DNA of 64,000 bases from Promethearchaeota archaeon (GTDB lineage Archaea; Asgardarchaeota; Lokiarchaeia; Sigyniarchaeales; SOKP01): contig JAHLWP010000020.1 of the NCBI GenBank assembly GCA_019057865.1, positions 1-64,000 on the forward strand, in the 5' to 3' direction. Numbering within the stretch: position 1 is the first letter of the stretch; each line of letters opens with the position of its first letter. Shown here one piece after another: positions 52,645 to 62,535 of this stretch. The position numbers and the translations under genes were made by a program. The notes under the pieces are model-generated. The model had not been told where the DNA came from, did no database searches, and saw nothing but the letters and a program-made list of their open reading frames with translations.

Positions 52645-53943
52645 TTATATAAGTTTAAATTTTTCTATAATTTGGTTAAGAATCTCTTCATCTGAAAAAA
52701 TATTACTTGGTGGGTTTACAATTTTTTTTAATTCAATGGGTACATGATCTAATCTAAATGCTAAACCTTCACTTTCAATCCCTGTTATAGTTGAAGGTAA
52801 AACTACATCTGCTATGCGTGATGTAGCAGATTGTTTATTATCTACTAGGATTAAAGGTTTTTTAGCTAACTTTTTACTTAATTCCTGTGGTAAATGAGAG
52901 ATAGGGTCAGTCCCTACTATTATTGAACAATCAAAATCTTCTCTATCTATTTTTGAAACAATAGTATCATCAGTATCAATCAATTGATTATTTGAAAATT
53001 GTAAACTATGGTTTTTTCCATAATTTGATAAAGCTACATGGTCAAAGCCAAGCATATTATAATGTCCTCCAATCGGTATGACAGAAATGCGCCCTTTTTG
53101 TTGTTTTACGTTAATTATTTGAACTAATTCGAGTAGTTCTCTTATTACACTTTTTTTTGATTGAGTCTTTAAAAGACCTTGTCCGATAAATATAATCCCA
53201 TTTTCAGCGCCAGTTAAATGAAGTAATAGTCTTTTAAGATCGTCATTATCAATTCCAGCAACACCTTCTGAAGCTATACTTCCAGGATTGCAACATTCTT
53301 CTTTTAAGACTTTAATAAGTTCAATATCTTCTCCTGAGTTAATTTGAAGTGCGATATCACGCACTCCCATAGCACCAAAAGAAGCGGTCTTCACGGGATC
53401 TATTATAACAAGAGTTTTTATTTCACGTCCTGTCATTCGAAATTTTCCCCGAGAGAATAAGGTTTTATTTAATAATCGAGGAATAGATTCAGCTGCATTT
53501 GCACCCCAAACAATTAATAGATCAGCTTTATTTATGGCTTCAGATATTGTTGTAAGTGTTAATCCGGTCTCTTTAGCCATATTTAATACTTTCCCTTGGC
53601 AGATTGTTGAATTTGAATCAATAAATCCATTTAATAAATTTGCTAACTCTAATCCTTTTAATTGAGCCTCACAACTTACAGTCGAGAAACCATATAATAA
53701 AGGTTTATTTGAATTTTTAAGAAGTTTAGTTACTTTTTTAAATGCTTCATCCCAAGAACTTTTTTTCAAATCAGAATCATCACGAATCATTGGAGTAACA
53801 ATTCGATTTTTAGCAGTTACTTGATCAAATCGTTCCTTTCCCTTTAAACAAGCGCCAATAACTTCATCAACAAATATACCATCGCTCATCACAATAATGT
53901 CATCACATAGCAAAGAACATCCTGAGCAAGGAATCTTTCTCAT
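52645..53943 (-). CDS. fwdB: FwdB-like subunit (divergent)
   Basis: CSGCSLLCDDI, WGAN, GHYN, VGTDP, GIESEG and RLD motifs. Confidence 0.82.
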   Translation of the reverse strand: MRKIPCSGCSLLCDDIIVMSDGIFVDEVIGACLKGKERFDQVTAKNRIVTPMIRDDSDLKKSSWDEAFKKVTKLLKNSNKPLLYGFSTVSCEAQLKGLELANLLNGFIDSNSTICQGKVLNMAKETGLTLTTISEAINKADLLIVWGANAAESIPRLLNKTLFSRGKFRMTGREIKTLVIIDPVKTASFGAMGVRDIALQINSGEDIELIKVLKEECCNPGSIASEGVAGIDNDDLKRLLLHLTGAENGIIFIGQGLLKTQSKKSVIRELLELVQIINVKQQKGRISVIPIGGHYNMLGFDHVALSNYGKNHSLQFSNNQLIDTDDTIVSKIDREDFDCSIIVGTDPISHLPQELSKKLAKKPLILVDNKQSATSRIADVVLPSTITGIESEGLAFRLDHVPIELKKIVNPPSNIFSDEEILNQIIEKFKLI

Positions 53944-53982
53944 TTATTAATTCACCCTAAAAAACATAATATAAAATTAAGG

Positions 53983-54450
53983 TTATACATATTCTATTTT
54001 TACAGCTTCACGTGGACAGTAAGTTTCACATACACGACATTCTCGCTCTCTCCCTTCTGTCTCTAACCTTCGGCAGTGTTCTAAATTTAATAATTCACAT
54101 TTACCTCCTTTTACTTGAAAAAGTTGATGTTTTTCTGGAGGATAATCTGGGGCTTTCCCACTTAGGGTTGGAGGACAATATCTCGCATTAACAGGACAGA
54201 CAGTAACACAAATTCCACAACCATCACACAAATCAGTGTCAACATTTATTCTAAGCTCTTTAATTATACCCTCCTCAGCGCCTAATAAGTCCTTTAAAGT
54301 TTCATACTGTTTTTTGTATTTTGGCTCTAAGAGTGGTGTACAATCATCAACTTTCACTTTTCCCTGTAATAAATCTAAAGCAAATGCCATACATGTTGGT
54401 TTACCACATTCCTTACAGTTAGTTTTAGGCAAATGTTTATATAATTCCAT
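53983..54450 (-). CDS. FwdG-like ferredoxin with N-terminal FeS domain
   Basis: LPKTNCKECG..TCMAFA, CDGCGICVTVCP and CETYCP motifs. Confidence 0.8.
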   Translation of the reverse strand: MELYKHLPKTNCKECGKPTCMAFALDLLQGKVKVDDCTPLLEPKYKKQYETLKDLLGAEEGIIKELRINVDTDLCDGCGICVTVCPVNARYCPPTLSGKAPDYPPEKHQLFQVKGGKCELLNLEHCRRLETEGRERECRVCETYCPREAVKIEYV

Positions 54451-54603
54451 GAAATTCTGAACTGGAACTTATATCACCATTTTATAAGTAATTTTATTTT
54501 CTTCCTCGTGTTTTATAAAATTTAAAACTTTTTTAATTGTTTAAGGTTTTTGATTATAAATTATGATAATTAAATCATGTTTTCATATAAGAAGAAAATT
54601 AAA

Positions 54604-55530
54604 TCAGTTATTTGTCCATAATATCTTTTTAAGCTTATAATAAATTGCTTTAATTGCTAAACTCGCATCCGAATTTGGTTTATGATTTACAACAGGTTTA
54701 GCAAAAGAAATGGATTCTGGAATGGATAAATCGAAATTTATTCGACCCAACAAATGATATCCTGTTTTTTTAATAAATTTTTTAAACTGTTTCTGAAAGT
54801 TGCTTTTAAGATCTGCCTTATTTATTATGATTCCAAAATTTATATTGAAATGCTCAATTACTTCAATGACTCGTATTAGATCATGTAACCCTGAAGGTGT
54901 AGGTTCTGTAATAGTAATAACATAATCTAATCCTGAAATAGCAGAAATAACGGGACACCCAATCCCAGGGGGACCATCTATTAAAATCATATTAGATTCA
55001 TTAAATTCCTCTAATTGTTGAGCATATTGTTTAACATCAGAGACTAATTTCCCTGAAGTTGTACTCCCTAATCTTGTTTTACCGTAAATCAATGGTATTC
55101 CTAAATTTGATTCATAAGAAATAATTTCTCCACTTTTAACTGATTCTATTTCAAAGGCATGTTCAGGGCATAATACTTTACAAGCATTACATCCTTCACA
55201 TGCTAGATAATCTAATATGGGAATTTGATTATTTTCATCCCATTTTAAAGCATTAAATTCACAAAAATGATTATCAATACACTCTTTACAATGAACACAT
55301 TTATCTTCAATAAAAATGCCTTTTAGGCTAGTAAAAGTTTCTTTTTTATTGATCTCATCCTTTGAATTAAATGGGAGGATTATTGATAAATTTGGTGCAT
55401 CAACATCACAGTCAATAATAATGGGTTTAGTTTCTGAATCCTCACTTGCTAAACTAGCTAAAGATGCAGCTAAAGAGGTTTTCCCAACTCCTCCTTTTCC
55501 TGAAAGAATACCAATTACTTTTCTTTCCAA
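54604..55530 (-). CDS. MinD-superfamily P-loop ATPase with inserted ferredoxin
   Basis: SGKGGVGKT, DCDVDAPN, two 4Fe-4S motifs and DGPPGIGCP. Confidence 0.9.
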   Translation of the reverse strand: MERKVIGILSGKGGVGKTSLAASLASLASEDSETKPIIIDCDVDAPNLSIILPFNSKDEINKKETFTSLKGIFIEDKCVHCKECIDNHFCEFNALKWDENNQIPILDYLACEGCNACKVLCPEHAFEIESVKSGEIISYESNLGIPLIYGKTRLGSTTSGKLVSDVKQYAQQLEEFNESNMILIDGPPGIGCPVISAISGLDYVITITEPTPSGLHDLIRVIEVIEHFNINFGIIINKADLKSNFQKQFKKFIKKTGYHLLGRINFDLSIPESISFAKPVVNHKPNSDASLAIKAIYYKLKKILWTNN

Positions 55531-55535
55531 TTATT

Positions 55536-56468
55536 CTAACCTGTTATTTCTATTTGTTTAGATTTTAACCAATTATCTAATTCTTTAAAAATTATCTGGA
55601 ATGCTTTATATCCCTTACTATGCTTAAATTTATTGCTTTGGTCCATTAATGGTAAACCCTGACAATAAGATGAGACAATATCCTCATCAAAAGGTATATC
55701 CCCAAGAATATGAATATTATTTTCTTTCAAGTTTTTTAAAAATTCATCCCTAAAGCCTAGTAAAGAAGATCTATTTACAATTGTTCGATAATCCTTTTTT
55801 ATTAAATCAATTAATTCAATTATTCTTGTTAAATCTATTTCTCCAAATTTTGTTGGCTCAGTTACAGGAATTACAATATCTGCTTTACTTATTAATAATT
55901 CTACATCACAATGAGCACCTGGGGCGGTATCTAAAATAATAATATCAAATTTTTCAGGTTCATTTCTTATAATCTCGTCAAGATCTTCCATTAAAGCTTC
56001 TACTATTGTTGCTGATCGTGCTTCTGACGGTTTTAATTCTCCTATAAAAAGTGAAATATTATTAATTTGAGTATTATAAATCCAACCCATTACCTTCGAA
56101 TCGGCTTCAATTGCTTCTTCTGGACAAATTTTATAACATAATTTACAACCAGTACAAACTGTAAGCATAGGTATTGGAAAAGAATTCTCTATATGTAATA
56201 AAGCATGTGCAACACAATTTTTTGCGCATAAACCACACTTAGTACATTTTTCTTCAATTATTTTTGGAATGAAATAAGGAACTTCTTTTTTATTTTCTAA
56301 TTGGGCACCCATTAATAAAAAAGTATTTGGATTTTCAACATCTCCATCAATGAGTAAAACTTCGTTACCATTATTTTTGAACATTATTGCTAAGTTAACA
56401 GCAACAAAAGTTTTACCAGTACCACCTTTACCTCCAGTAACACATATTATTATGGGTTTTTTAGGCAT
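55536..56468 (-). CDS. MinD-superfamily P-loop ATPase with inserted ferredoxin
   Basis: GGKGGTGKT, DGDVENPN, two 4Fe-4S motifs and DTAPGAHC. Confidence 0.9.
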   Translation of the reverse strand: MPKKPIIICVTGGKGGTGKTFVAVNLAIMFKNNGNEVLLIDGDVENPNTFLLMGAQLENKKEVPYFIPKIIEEKCTKCGLCAKNCVAHALLHIENSFPIPMLTVCTGCKLCYKICPEEAIEADSKVMGWIYNTQINNISLFIGELKPSEARSATIVEALMEDLDEIIRNEPEKFDIIILDTAPGAHCDVELLISKADIVIPVTEPTKFGEIDLTRIIELIDLIKKDYRTIVNRSSLLGFRDEFLKNLKENNIHILGDIPFDEDIVSSYCQGLPLMDQSNKFKHSKGYKAFQIIFKELDNWLKSKQIEITG

Positions 56469-56509
56469 AATTTGAATTCTAGCTTTGCATTTTGAAAAAA
56501 TTATACATA

Positions 56510-56965
56510 TTAAAATTGATCTCTACGACCCATACCTCGACCACCACCTCTACCCATCCCTCGACCACCACCCATACCAGGACCCATTCCATAATGGGCA
56601 CCTACATTAGCGCTATTCATTTCCAATAATTTACCTTGAAGATATAATTCTATACATTGTTTAACTGTCACTTGTTGATTAGGAGCTTGATAGATTTTAA
56701 TATTTAAAGCACTTAATGATTGCGCAGCATTTGGTCCTAGGAAGCCTGCTATTAATTCTTTAGCTCCATTATTACCGACAATTTGTGCTGCCTGTATCCC
56801 TGCACCTCCCATAGCACCTGAAGCAGAGTTAGAAACAGTTCTAACTTCTTTAATATTCCCTTTCTCAATTGTAATGAATGTAAATGAGTCACAACGTCCA
56901 AATCTAGGATTTAATAATTCATTTAAACCACCTGTTCCAAATGTTGGAACTGCTAAGATTACCAT
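56510..56965 (-). CDS. NifB/NifX-family protein with Gly/Arg-rich tail
   Basis: RFGRCDSF, GAGIQAAQ and GPNA motifs; GMGGGRGMGRG tail. Confidence 0.85.
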   Translation of the reverse strand: MVILAVPTFGTGGLNELLNPRFGRCDSFTFITIEKGNIKEVRTVSNSASGAMGGAGIQAAQIVGNNGAKELIAGFLGPNAAQSLSALNIKIYQAPNQQVTVKQCIELYLQGKLLEMNSANVGAHYGMGPGMGGGRGMGRGGGRGMGRRDQF

Positions 56966-57047
56966 TTTTTTAATATCAACCTCATTTCTAAATTCTTAAT
57001 AATTTACTATTATTTTATTTTAATTTACGATAAACTTTAAATTTTTT

Positions 57048-57061
57048 TGAATATTTATTCA
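57048..57061. promoter_or_regulatory. TGAAT-N4-ATTCA palindrome
   Basis: Lies between divergent NifX genes. The same motif occurs at 61339, 61399, 62004 and 36094. Confidence 0.6.
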
Positions 57062-57209
57062 ATATAAATAAAAATTTAAAGAATAAAAAATTATCGATTA
57101 TAAAATTTAAATTGTAATTGATAAAAATTAGAAAAGATTAAATTATTAAATTTAAATTTTTTACCAAATTAAATTAATATATTAATCTTAAAGGAGAAAA
57201 ATATAAAAA

Positions 57210-57611
57210 ATGAGAATAGCAATAAGTACCGATGGAGAAGAAGTATGTCCTCATTTTGGTCGTGCTCCTCAATTCATAATAATCACAATTGAGAATAATA
57301 AATTAGTAGAGAAAAAAGTATTAGCTAATCCTGGTCATACTGTTGGTAGTATTCCAAATTATATTCATGCACAAGGAGCAACTTGTATGATTACAGGTGG
57401 AATGGGGCACAGAGCTAAACAATTTTTTAATCAGTATGGAATAGAGGTCATAGTAGGAATAACAGGTAAAATTGATGATATTGTTGATAAAATTTTAGAT
57501 GGTACTTTAGAAGGTGGTGAAAGTCTTTGTACTCCTGGAGGAGGTAAGGGTTATGGGGTCGATAAAATACACACTGAGGAAGATGATCATCATCCGCATC
57601 ATCTTAATTAA
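57210..57611 (+). CDS. NifB/NifX-family protein
   Basis: VCPHFGRAP and GGMG motifs; His-rich tail. Confidence 0.88.
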   Translation: MRIAISTDGEEVCPHFGRAPQFIIITIENNKLVEKKVLANPGHTVGSIPNYIHAQGATCMITGGMGHRAKQFFNQYGIEVIVGITGKIDDIVDKILDGTLEGGESLCTPGGGKGYGVDKIHTEEDDHHPHHLN

Positions 57612-57662
57612 CACATCACTTTAAATTATTAATAAAAAGAACTAAAAGAAGAGGTTTTAAAT

Positions 57663-58535
57663 ATGGGAGAAGAAGAAATTCCGGACATTGATTTGAAAAA
57701 AACTGTTGAGGAAGGAAAAAAAGAAGTTATGGACCTGAGAATGAAAGAAATCGAAAAAAATTTGAAAAAAATAAAACATAAAATAGTTATTATCTCAGGT
57801 AAAGGTGGTGTTGGTAAGACTACTGTTGCTGTAAATCTTGCAATGAGTCTAGCAAGCATAGGACTTAGAGTAGGAATTATAGATGTAGACATAACAGGTC
57901 CAAATGTTATTAAAATGCTTGGAGTGAACCCCGAAATGAAACCAAGAGTTGATGTTGAAGTCAAGAAATTTTATCCTGTAAATGGACCTTTAAATGTAAA
58001 AGTTGTATCAATGGCTTTCTTAACTGATAGCACAGATTCCCCAGTTATATGGCGAGGTCCAATGAAAATGGGTGCTGTACGTCAATTCTTAGGAGATGTT
58101 TTTTGGGGAGAACTGGATTATTTAATTTGTGATTTACCTCCAGGGACTTCTGATGAAACACTTGACATTTTACAACTAATTCCTGATGAAAATGTTATAG
58201 TTGTATCTACACCCCAGGAAGTGGCTGTAATGGATGCAAGAAAGACAATAAAAATGGCAATGATTATGAAAAGAAAAATTCTTGGGATTATTGAAAATAT
58301 GAGTGGTTTTAAATGTCCACACTGCGAGAAATACATTGATCTCTATCCTCCCGGTGGTGTTGAGAAAGCATCTCGAGACTATAATGTTGAATTACTAGGA
58401 AAAATTCCCTTTGAAACTGAAGTTAGCCAACAAGGAGATAGGGGCTTACCATTTGTATTAAAATTTCCTGATTCTGAGAGTACTAAAGCTTTTAAAGCGG
58501 TTGTGAATAAAATTCAAAAATTACTGGGAAAATAA
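57663..58535 (+). CDS. Mrp/ApbC/NBP35 Fe-S carrier ATPase
   Basis: SGKGGVGKT, WRGP, DLPPGTSD and ENMSGFKCPHC motifs. Confidence 0.92.
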   Translation: MGEEEIPDIDLKKTVEEGKKEVMDLRMKEIEKNLKKIKHKIVIISGKGGVGKTTVAVNLAMSLASIGLRVGIIDVDITGPNVIKMLGVNPEMKPRVDVEVKKFYPVNGPLNVKVVSMAFLTDSTDSPVIWRGPMKMGAVRQFLGDVFWGELDYLICDLPPGTSDETLDILQLIPDENVIVVSTPQEVAVMDARKTIKMAMIMKRKILGIIENMSGFKCPHCEKYIDLYPPGGVEKASRDYNVELLGKIPFETEVSQQGDRGLPFVLKFPDSESTKAFKAVVNKIQKLLGK

Positions 58536-58698
58536 TTTATTTCTTGTTTAGATTTTGGAATGGTTTAAACTCAGTTTTCTAATAATCTTTTATTATTTCA
58601 CAGATATTACTCTTATTTTAAAAATATGAATTAAAAAGATATAATAAGATCAATTTTTACTAAATATTTAGATTAATTAGGTATAAGTAATACAGATT

Positions 58699-59199
58699 AT
58701 GGGAGTTAATAGTAATACAGTACAAGGCAAACTCTTAAAGGGTATTGTTATTTGTAAAGAATCTGGTGAGTATTTGCTTGATCTTATTTTAGATGCAAAA
58801 ATTAATCCCGTTTTATTGTCTTCTTTCGTTGGAGCATTACGTTTATTCGGTGACAATCTAGGAGAAATCAAAGAAATAAATATCAAAGGACTAGACGTAA
58901 ATATGATAATTGTCTATAAATACAATTTAATTTTTGTGGCAATTATGGATAGATCATTAATTAAACATGATATTAGGGAAGAAGCAGAGAAAGCATTGGA
59001 TATGTTTTACACTTTATATCGTATGGAAATAAATAGTAATTGTATCGATATTAGTCAGTTTGAATATTTTAAGAAGTTGCTCTCTAAACAAATAGAAGTA
59101 TACTCCAAAAAAATTAAAAGTTCTGAAAAGGAAGCTGAAATAGGAGATTTTGGTTTCTTTACTGAAACAATTAAAAAATTAAGGACAGATTCTGCTTAG
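58699..59199 (+). CDS. Longin/roadblock-like domain protein
   Basis: Beta-beta, LLSSFVGAL..F helix, three strands, then a helix ending F..Y, as in a longin topology. Confidence 0.55.
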   Translation: MGVNSNTVQGKLLKGIVICKESGEYLLDLILDAKINPVLLSSFVGALRLFGDNLGEIKEINIKGLDVNMIIVYKYNLIFVAIMDRSLIKHDIREEAEKALDMFYTLYRMEINSNCIDISQFEYFKKLLSKQIEVYSKKIKSSEKEAEIGDFGFFTETIKKLRTDSA

Positions 59200-59238
59200 A
59201 TTATACTCCTCATTTACTTGAATAAATAAATATAACCA

Positions 59239-60123
59239 TCAAAATCCAAGTGTTTTCTTCTTAAAAATTAAATCTCCAATTTTTACATTAAATATGCGTT
59301 CCATTAAATTACATTTAGCTTTTAATAAATAAAATATATCTTTATCTGGAATTTCCGTCTGGTATAGGCTTTCGAAATTACCTTGGCCTTTAGATAAAAT
59401 TACTCCTCCTTTTAAATAAAAATGCTCCTTAAATTCTTTTGTTGAAGAAGATAAATCAACTCCTGGAGCGGGGCAAGATTCTATAACCTGTACTACTTCA
59501 GTTAGACCTACAAATTTGGCATCTTCAATAGTAGCATCATTTATAATTGGAGCTGATCGAACAGAATAAAAAATATCTATATCAGGATAAAAATTTTTAA
59601 TGTTTAATATTAGCAATTTGTCAAATACTATTTCTCCGGCATTATCGCCAATAATAAGAAGGTGTTTACTATTATCGAGGGCTTTTCTAAATTTAGAATA
59701 GTCATTTATTTTCAAGTTTTCAGGTGAAAATTTTTTAAGATCAGTGATAAAGTTGATTCTATGTTGGGTAGCGAAATCGATAGTGTTTCCAACTGCTGCA
59801 ACTACAATCGATTCAAATAATGGATCTTTAGCATTTTCAATAATCTGTTTTGTTTCATCATAAAGCTCTAAAGCTAAACAATTATATTCCTCTTTTAAAG
59901 ATTTATATGGATCTCTTTCTCCTAACGTTTCTGATACAAGATTATAAGCAAATTTTCCTACAATTGGAGATGCATTTTTGTTGAAATCTATGCTCATTAA
60001 ATATTCCATCAGTTTTTTCTGGGCTTTAATAATAGCATTGTGTGAAATATCGGGTCTGAGTAACTTAAAAGAGCTAAGAACTTGATTGAAAAGACAACCA
60101 ATACATTCTGGTTCTAACTTCAT
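59239..60123 (-). CDS. DUF89/ARMT1-like damage-control phosphatase
   Basis: ECIGC, DPY..LK, GNTID, DNAGE, INDAT, SKGQGNFE and KAKC motifs. Confidence 0.9.
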   Translation of the reverse strand: MKLEPECIGCLFNQVLSSFKLLRPDISHNAIIKAQKKLMEYLMSIDFNKNASPIVGKFAYNLVSETLGERDPYKSLKEEYNCLALELYDETKQIIENAKDPLFESIVVAAVGNTIDFATQHRINFITDLKKFSPENLKINDYSKFRKALDNSKHLLIIGDNAGEIVFDKLLILNIKNFYPDIDIFYSVRSAPIINDATIEDAKFVGLTEVVQVIESCPAPGVDLSSSTKEFKEHFYLKGGVILSKGQGNFESLYQTEIPDKDIFYLLKAKCNLMERIFNVKIGDLIFKKKTLGF

Positions 60124-60194
60124 CTTTTAAAAAATCATTTCTTTTAATAGGAAAATAAAGGAATGCTTTAATATTTACAATTTTAAAAAAATAG

Positions 60195-60347
60195 TTATAA
60201 ATTAATTTCGATTTTAATAGAGTTGATATCATCGGGGATTTCTTTTGCTGTTTTTAAATATCCTAGTAATAAGTTAGTTAACATTTCTTCCATGAAGTCA
60301 TTTAATGGAACATCTTTTTCATTAACTTTTAAAACAACTTCAGTCAT
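60195..60347 (-). CDS. 50-aa protein resembling the C-terminal domain of archaeal MobB
   Basis: MTEVVLKVNEKDVPLNDFMEEMLTNLLLGYLKTAKEIPDDINSIKIEINL*; below the ORF-track length cut-off. Confidence 0.6.
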   Translation of the reverse strand: MTEVVLKVNEKDVPLNDFMEEMLTNLLLGYLKTAKEIPDDINSIKIEINL

Positions 60348-60449
60348 AATTCTTTTATGATAGCTTAGATTTTAAAATTTGAGTTTATCTTCAATATAAA
60401 AATTAATCTTAAAAAGCTTGAATATCTCTTTCGATAATATATAAAAATT

Positions 60450-60833
60450 TTAATCTAAAACTCCAAAGTTTTCTAATGCATTAGTAACCTCTGAACTTAT
60501 ATGGTGTTCGATTTTACAACACAAATCTTCTAATTTACAAGTATCTTTTATCTTTAATACATTAGTGAAAAATTCTTTTAATAGATTATAGCGTTTAAAA
60601 ATATTTTTGGCAATTTCTTTTCCTGTTTCAGTCAATCTTATACGATTTCTTGGTTTCCAATTTATCAAACCATTTACACTCAACTTATGGAGCATATCCG
60701 TTACTGATGATGGTTTAACCTGTAAGAAGTTAGAAATTTCTGAGTTTGAAACCCAACCGCCACGATTTTTTTTAGAAATAATATAAATCGTTTTTAAATA
60801 ATCCTCGTAGCTCTCGTTAATTTCATTTAACAC
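60450..60833 (-). CDS. DtxR/MntR-family metal-dependent regulator
   Basis: EDYLKTIY, PSSVTDML.KL, LTETG and IEH motifs. Confidence 0.9.
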   Translation of the reverse strand: MLNEINESYEDYLKTIYIISKKNRGGWVSNSEISNFLQVKPSSVTDMLHKLSVNGLINWKPRNRIRLTETGKEIAKNIFKRYNLLKEFFTNVLKIKDTCKLEDLCCKIEHHISSEVTNALENFGVLD

Positions 60834-60885
60834 TTTTAACCTTTAAGAATCTTTAAATTTGTATTTTTTAATTTAATAAAAAAAA

Positions 60886-61257
60886 TTATTGAGTTTTTTC
60901 TAAATCACCCATGCTTTTACTTAAATCTTCTATTGCATTTTTGATTTGATTCATTTCAGATTCTAAATATTCCTTTTCTTGTTTCAGCATACTCAAGCGA
61001 TCTTCTTTACTTAAAGGGGCAACTGGCGCAGGAACAATACTAGGAGTTCTATATAAAGGATAAACTGGTGTACCCCAGTCAAATCTTCCACCCCAACCCA
61101 TACCTCTTCCACGTCCAAAACCCCTACCCCATCCACGACCCAATCCCATACCAGGCCCTTTAGTATATCCTGGAGTATCATATCCAGCACAATAACCTAA
61201 TACTCTGCCAGTTCTTGGACCTAATCCTCTGGGTCCTGTTCGGTCTCCATAAGGCAT
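60886..61257 (-). CDS. DUF5320-like protein
   Basis: MPYGDRTGPRGLGPRTGR..GYCAG start, RG-rich region and C-terminal coiled coil. Confidence 0.8.
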   Translation of the reverse strand: MPYGDRTGPRGLGPRTGRVLGYCAGYDTPGYTKGPGMGLGRGWGRGFGRGRGMGWGGRFDWGTPVYPLYRTPSIVPAPVAPLSKEDRLSMLKQEKEYLESEMNQIKNAIEDLSKSMGDLEKTQ

Positions 61258-61338
61258 TTTTTCACATCATCTCTTTTTTATAAATTTTAATTAATATTTT
61301 TCTATATAACTAATAGTATCCCTCTTATATAAATATTG

Positions 61339-61412
61339 TGAATGATTATTCATAATCAATCTCTTCCTCATAGAATCTTTTTAGAAGCGTTCCTATTTTG
61401 AATAATCATTCA
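61339..61412. promoter_or_regulatory. Two TGAAT-N4-ATTCA palindromes (61339-61352, 61399-61412)
   Basis: Intergenic, upstream of the DUF5320-like gene. Confidence 0.6.
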
Positions 61413-61529
61413 GATTAAAAATCTACTATTTCTGTCCCAAATTCATAATTTCAGTATATTTAATTTTGTAAAAGATTGAATAGTAGCTAAAACTATTTTA
61501 TAATTACAAATATAGGAATATAGTTTTAT

Positions 61530-61934
61530 TTAATCGTGATGGTGATGACCATGAACATCATCTGCTTCTGTATGGATTTTTTCGACTCCATAACCCTTTC
61601 CTCCTCCTGGAGCACAAAGACTCTCACCACCTTCTAAAGTACCATTTAAAATTTTTTTAATGACGTCGTTAATTTTTCCAGTTATTCCTACGATAACCTC
61701 TATTCCATACTGGTTAAAAAATTGTATAGCTCTATGTCCCATTCCTCCAGCAATCATACAAGTTGCTCCTTGGTTATTAATAAAATCTGGAATACTACCA
61801 ACAGTATGTCCTGGATTAGATACTACTTTTTTTTCTAATAATTCATTATTCTCAATTGTAATTATAGTAAATTGAGGAGCACGACCAAAATGAGGACACA
61901 CTTCATCTCCATCAGTACTTATTGCAATTCTCAA
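61530..61934 (-). CDS. NifB/NifX-family protein (close paralog of 57210-57611)
   Basis: Shares RIAISTDG.EVCPHFGRAPQF. TTG at 61934 matches the paralog start better than 61946. Confidence 0.88.
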   Translation of the reverse strand: MRIAISTDGDEVCPHFGRAPQFTIITIENNELLEKKVVSNPGHTVGSIPDFINNQGATCMIAGGMGHRAIQFFNQYGIEVIVGITGKINDVIKKILNGTLEGGESLCAPGGGKGYGVEKIHTEADDVHGHHHHD

Positions 61935-62003
61935 ATTATATTTCAACCTCTTTATTATTCTTTGTATTTATATTTTTTAATGAATTTAAAGATTTAAATT
62001 TAA

Positions 62004-62017
62004 TGAATAATTATTCA
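62004..62017. promoter_or_regulatory. TGAATAATTATTCA perfect palindrome
   Basis: Lies between the divergent nifX-like and iscU-like genes. Confidence 0.6.
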
Positions 62018-62066
62018 CAACCAGATAGCTCACGAATTAAAAAACAACCTAAACAGGAGGTTTTCA

Positions 62067-62504
62067 ATGTCTAAAGAAAAAAATAATAACTCTATTACTA
62101 ACTATAAAAAAGATATAAATGAAGAAGAAATTAAAGAATATAATCAATATATTATTGATTTAATTCATTCTCCAAAAAATTGGGGTAAACCTAAAGAAGA
62201 TGAAATAACTATATCACACTCTTATAAAGGGCCATGTGGTGATACAATGAAATTCTTTTTGAAAATAAATAATAATCTAATCGAGAAAGCAAATTTTATT
62301 ACAGACGGATGTGGTGCTTCTATTGCAACTGCAAGTCAAACTACAATTCTTATTGAGGGTAAATCTATAAATCAGATAGAAAAATTGAAACCAGAAGATA
62401 TTGATAAGGCTTTGAAAGGATTACCAGAAGATCATAAGCATTGCACAGAGTTAGCTCTTAGAACTTTAAATCAGTTAATTAAAAAGTATAAAAAGAAGAT
62501 TTAA
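62067..62504 (+). CDS. iscU: IscU/NifU-type Fe-S scaffold
   Basis: PKNWG, GPCGD, DGCGAS and KHC motifs. Confidence 0.88.
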   Translation: MSKEKNNNSITNYKKDINEEEIKEYNQYIIDLIHSPKNWGKPKEDEITISHSYKGPCGDTMKFFLKINNNLIEKANFITDGCGASIATASQTTILIEGKSINQIEKLKPEDIDKALKGLPEDHKHCTELALRTLNQLIKKYKKKI

Positions 62505-62535
62505 TAACTAATTAAGTAATATAAAAATAAAAAAA

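Noticed and set aside
568-58336. Many short antisense or nested ORFs in the track (e.g. 568-801, 11560-11937, 20028-20390, 39329-39703, 57629-57964)
   Set aside because: They are shadows of well-supported genes on the other strand or frame.
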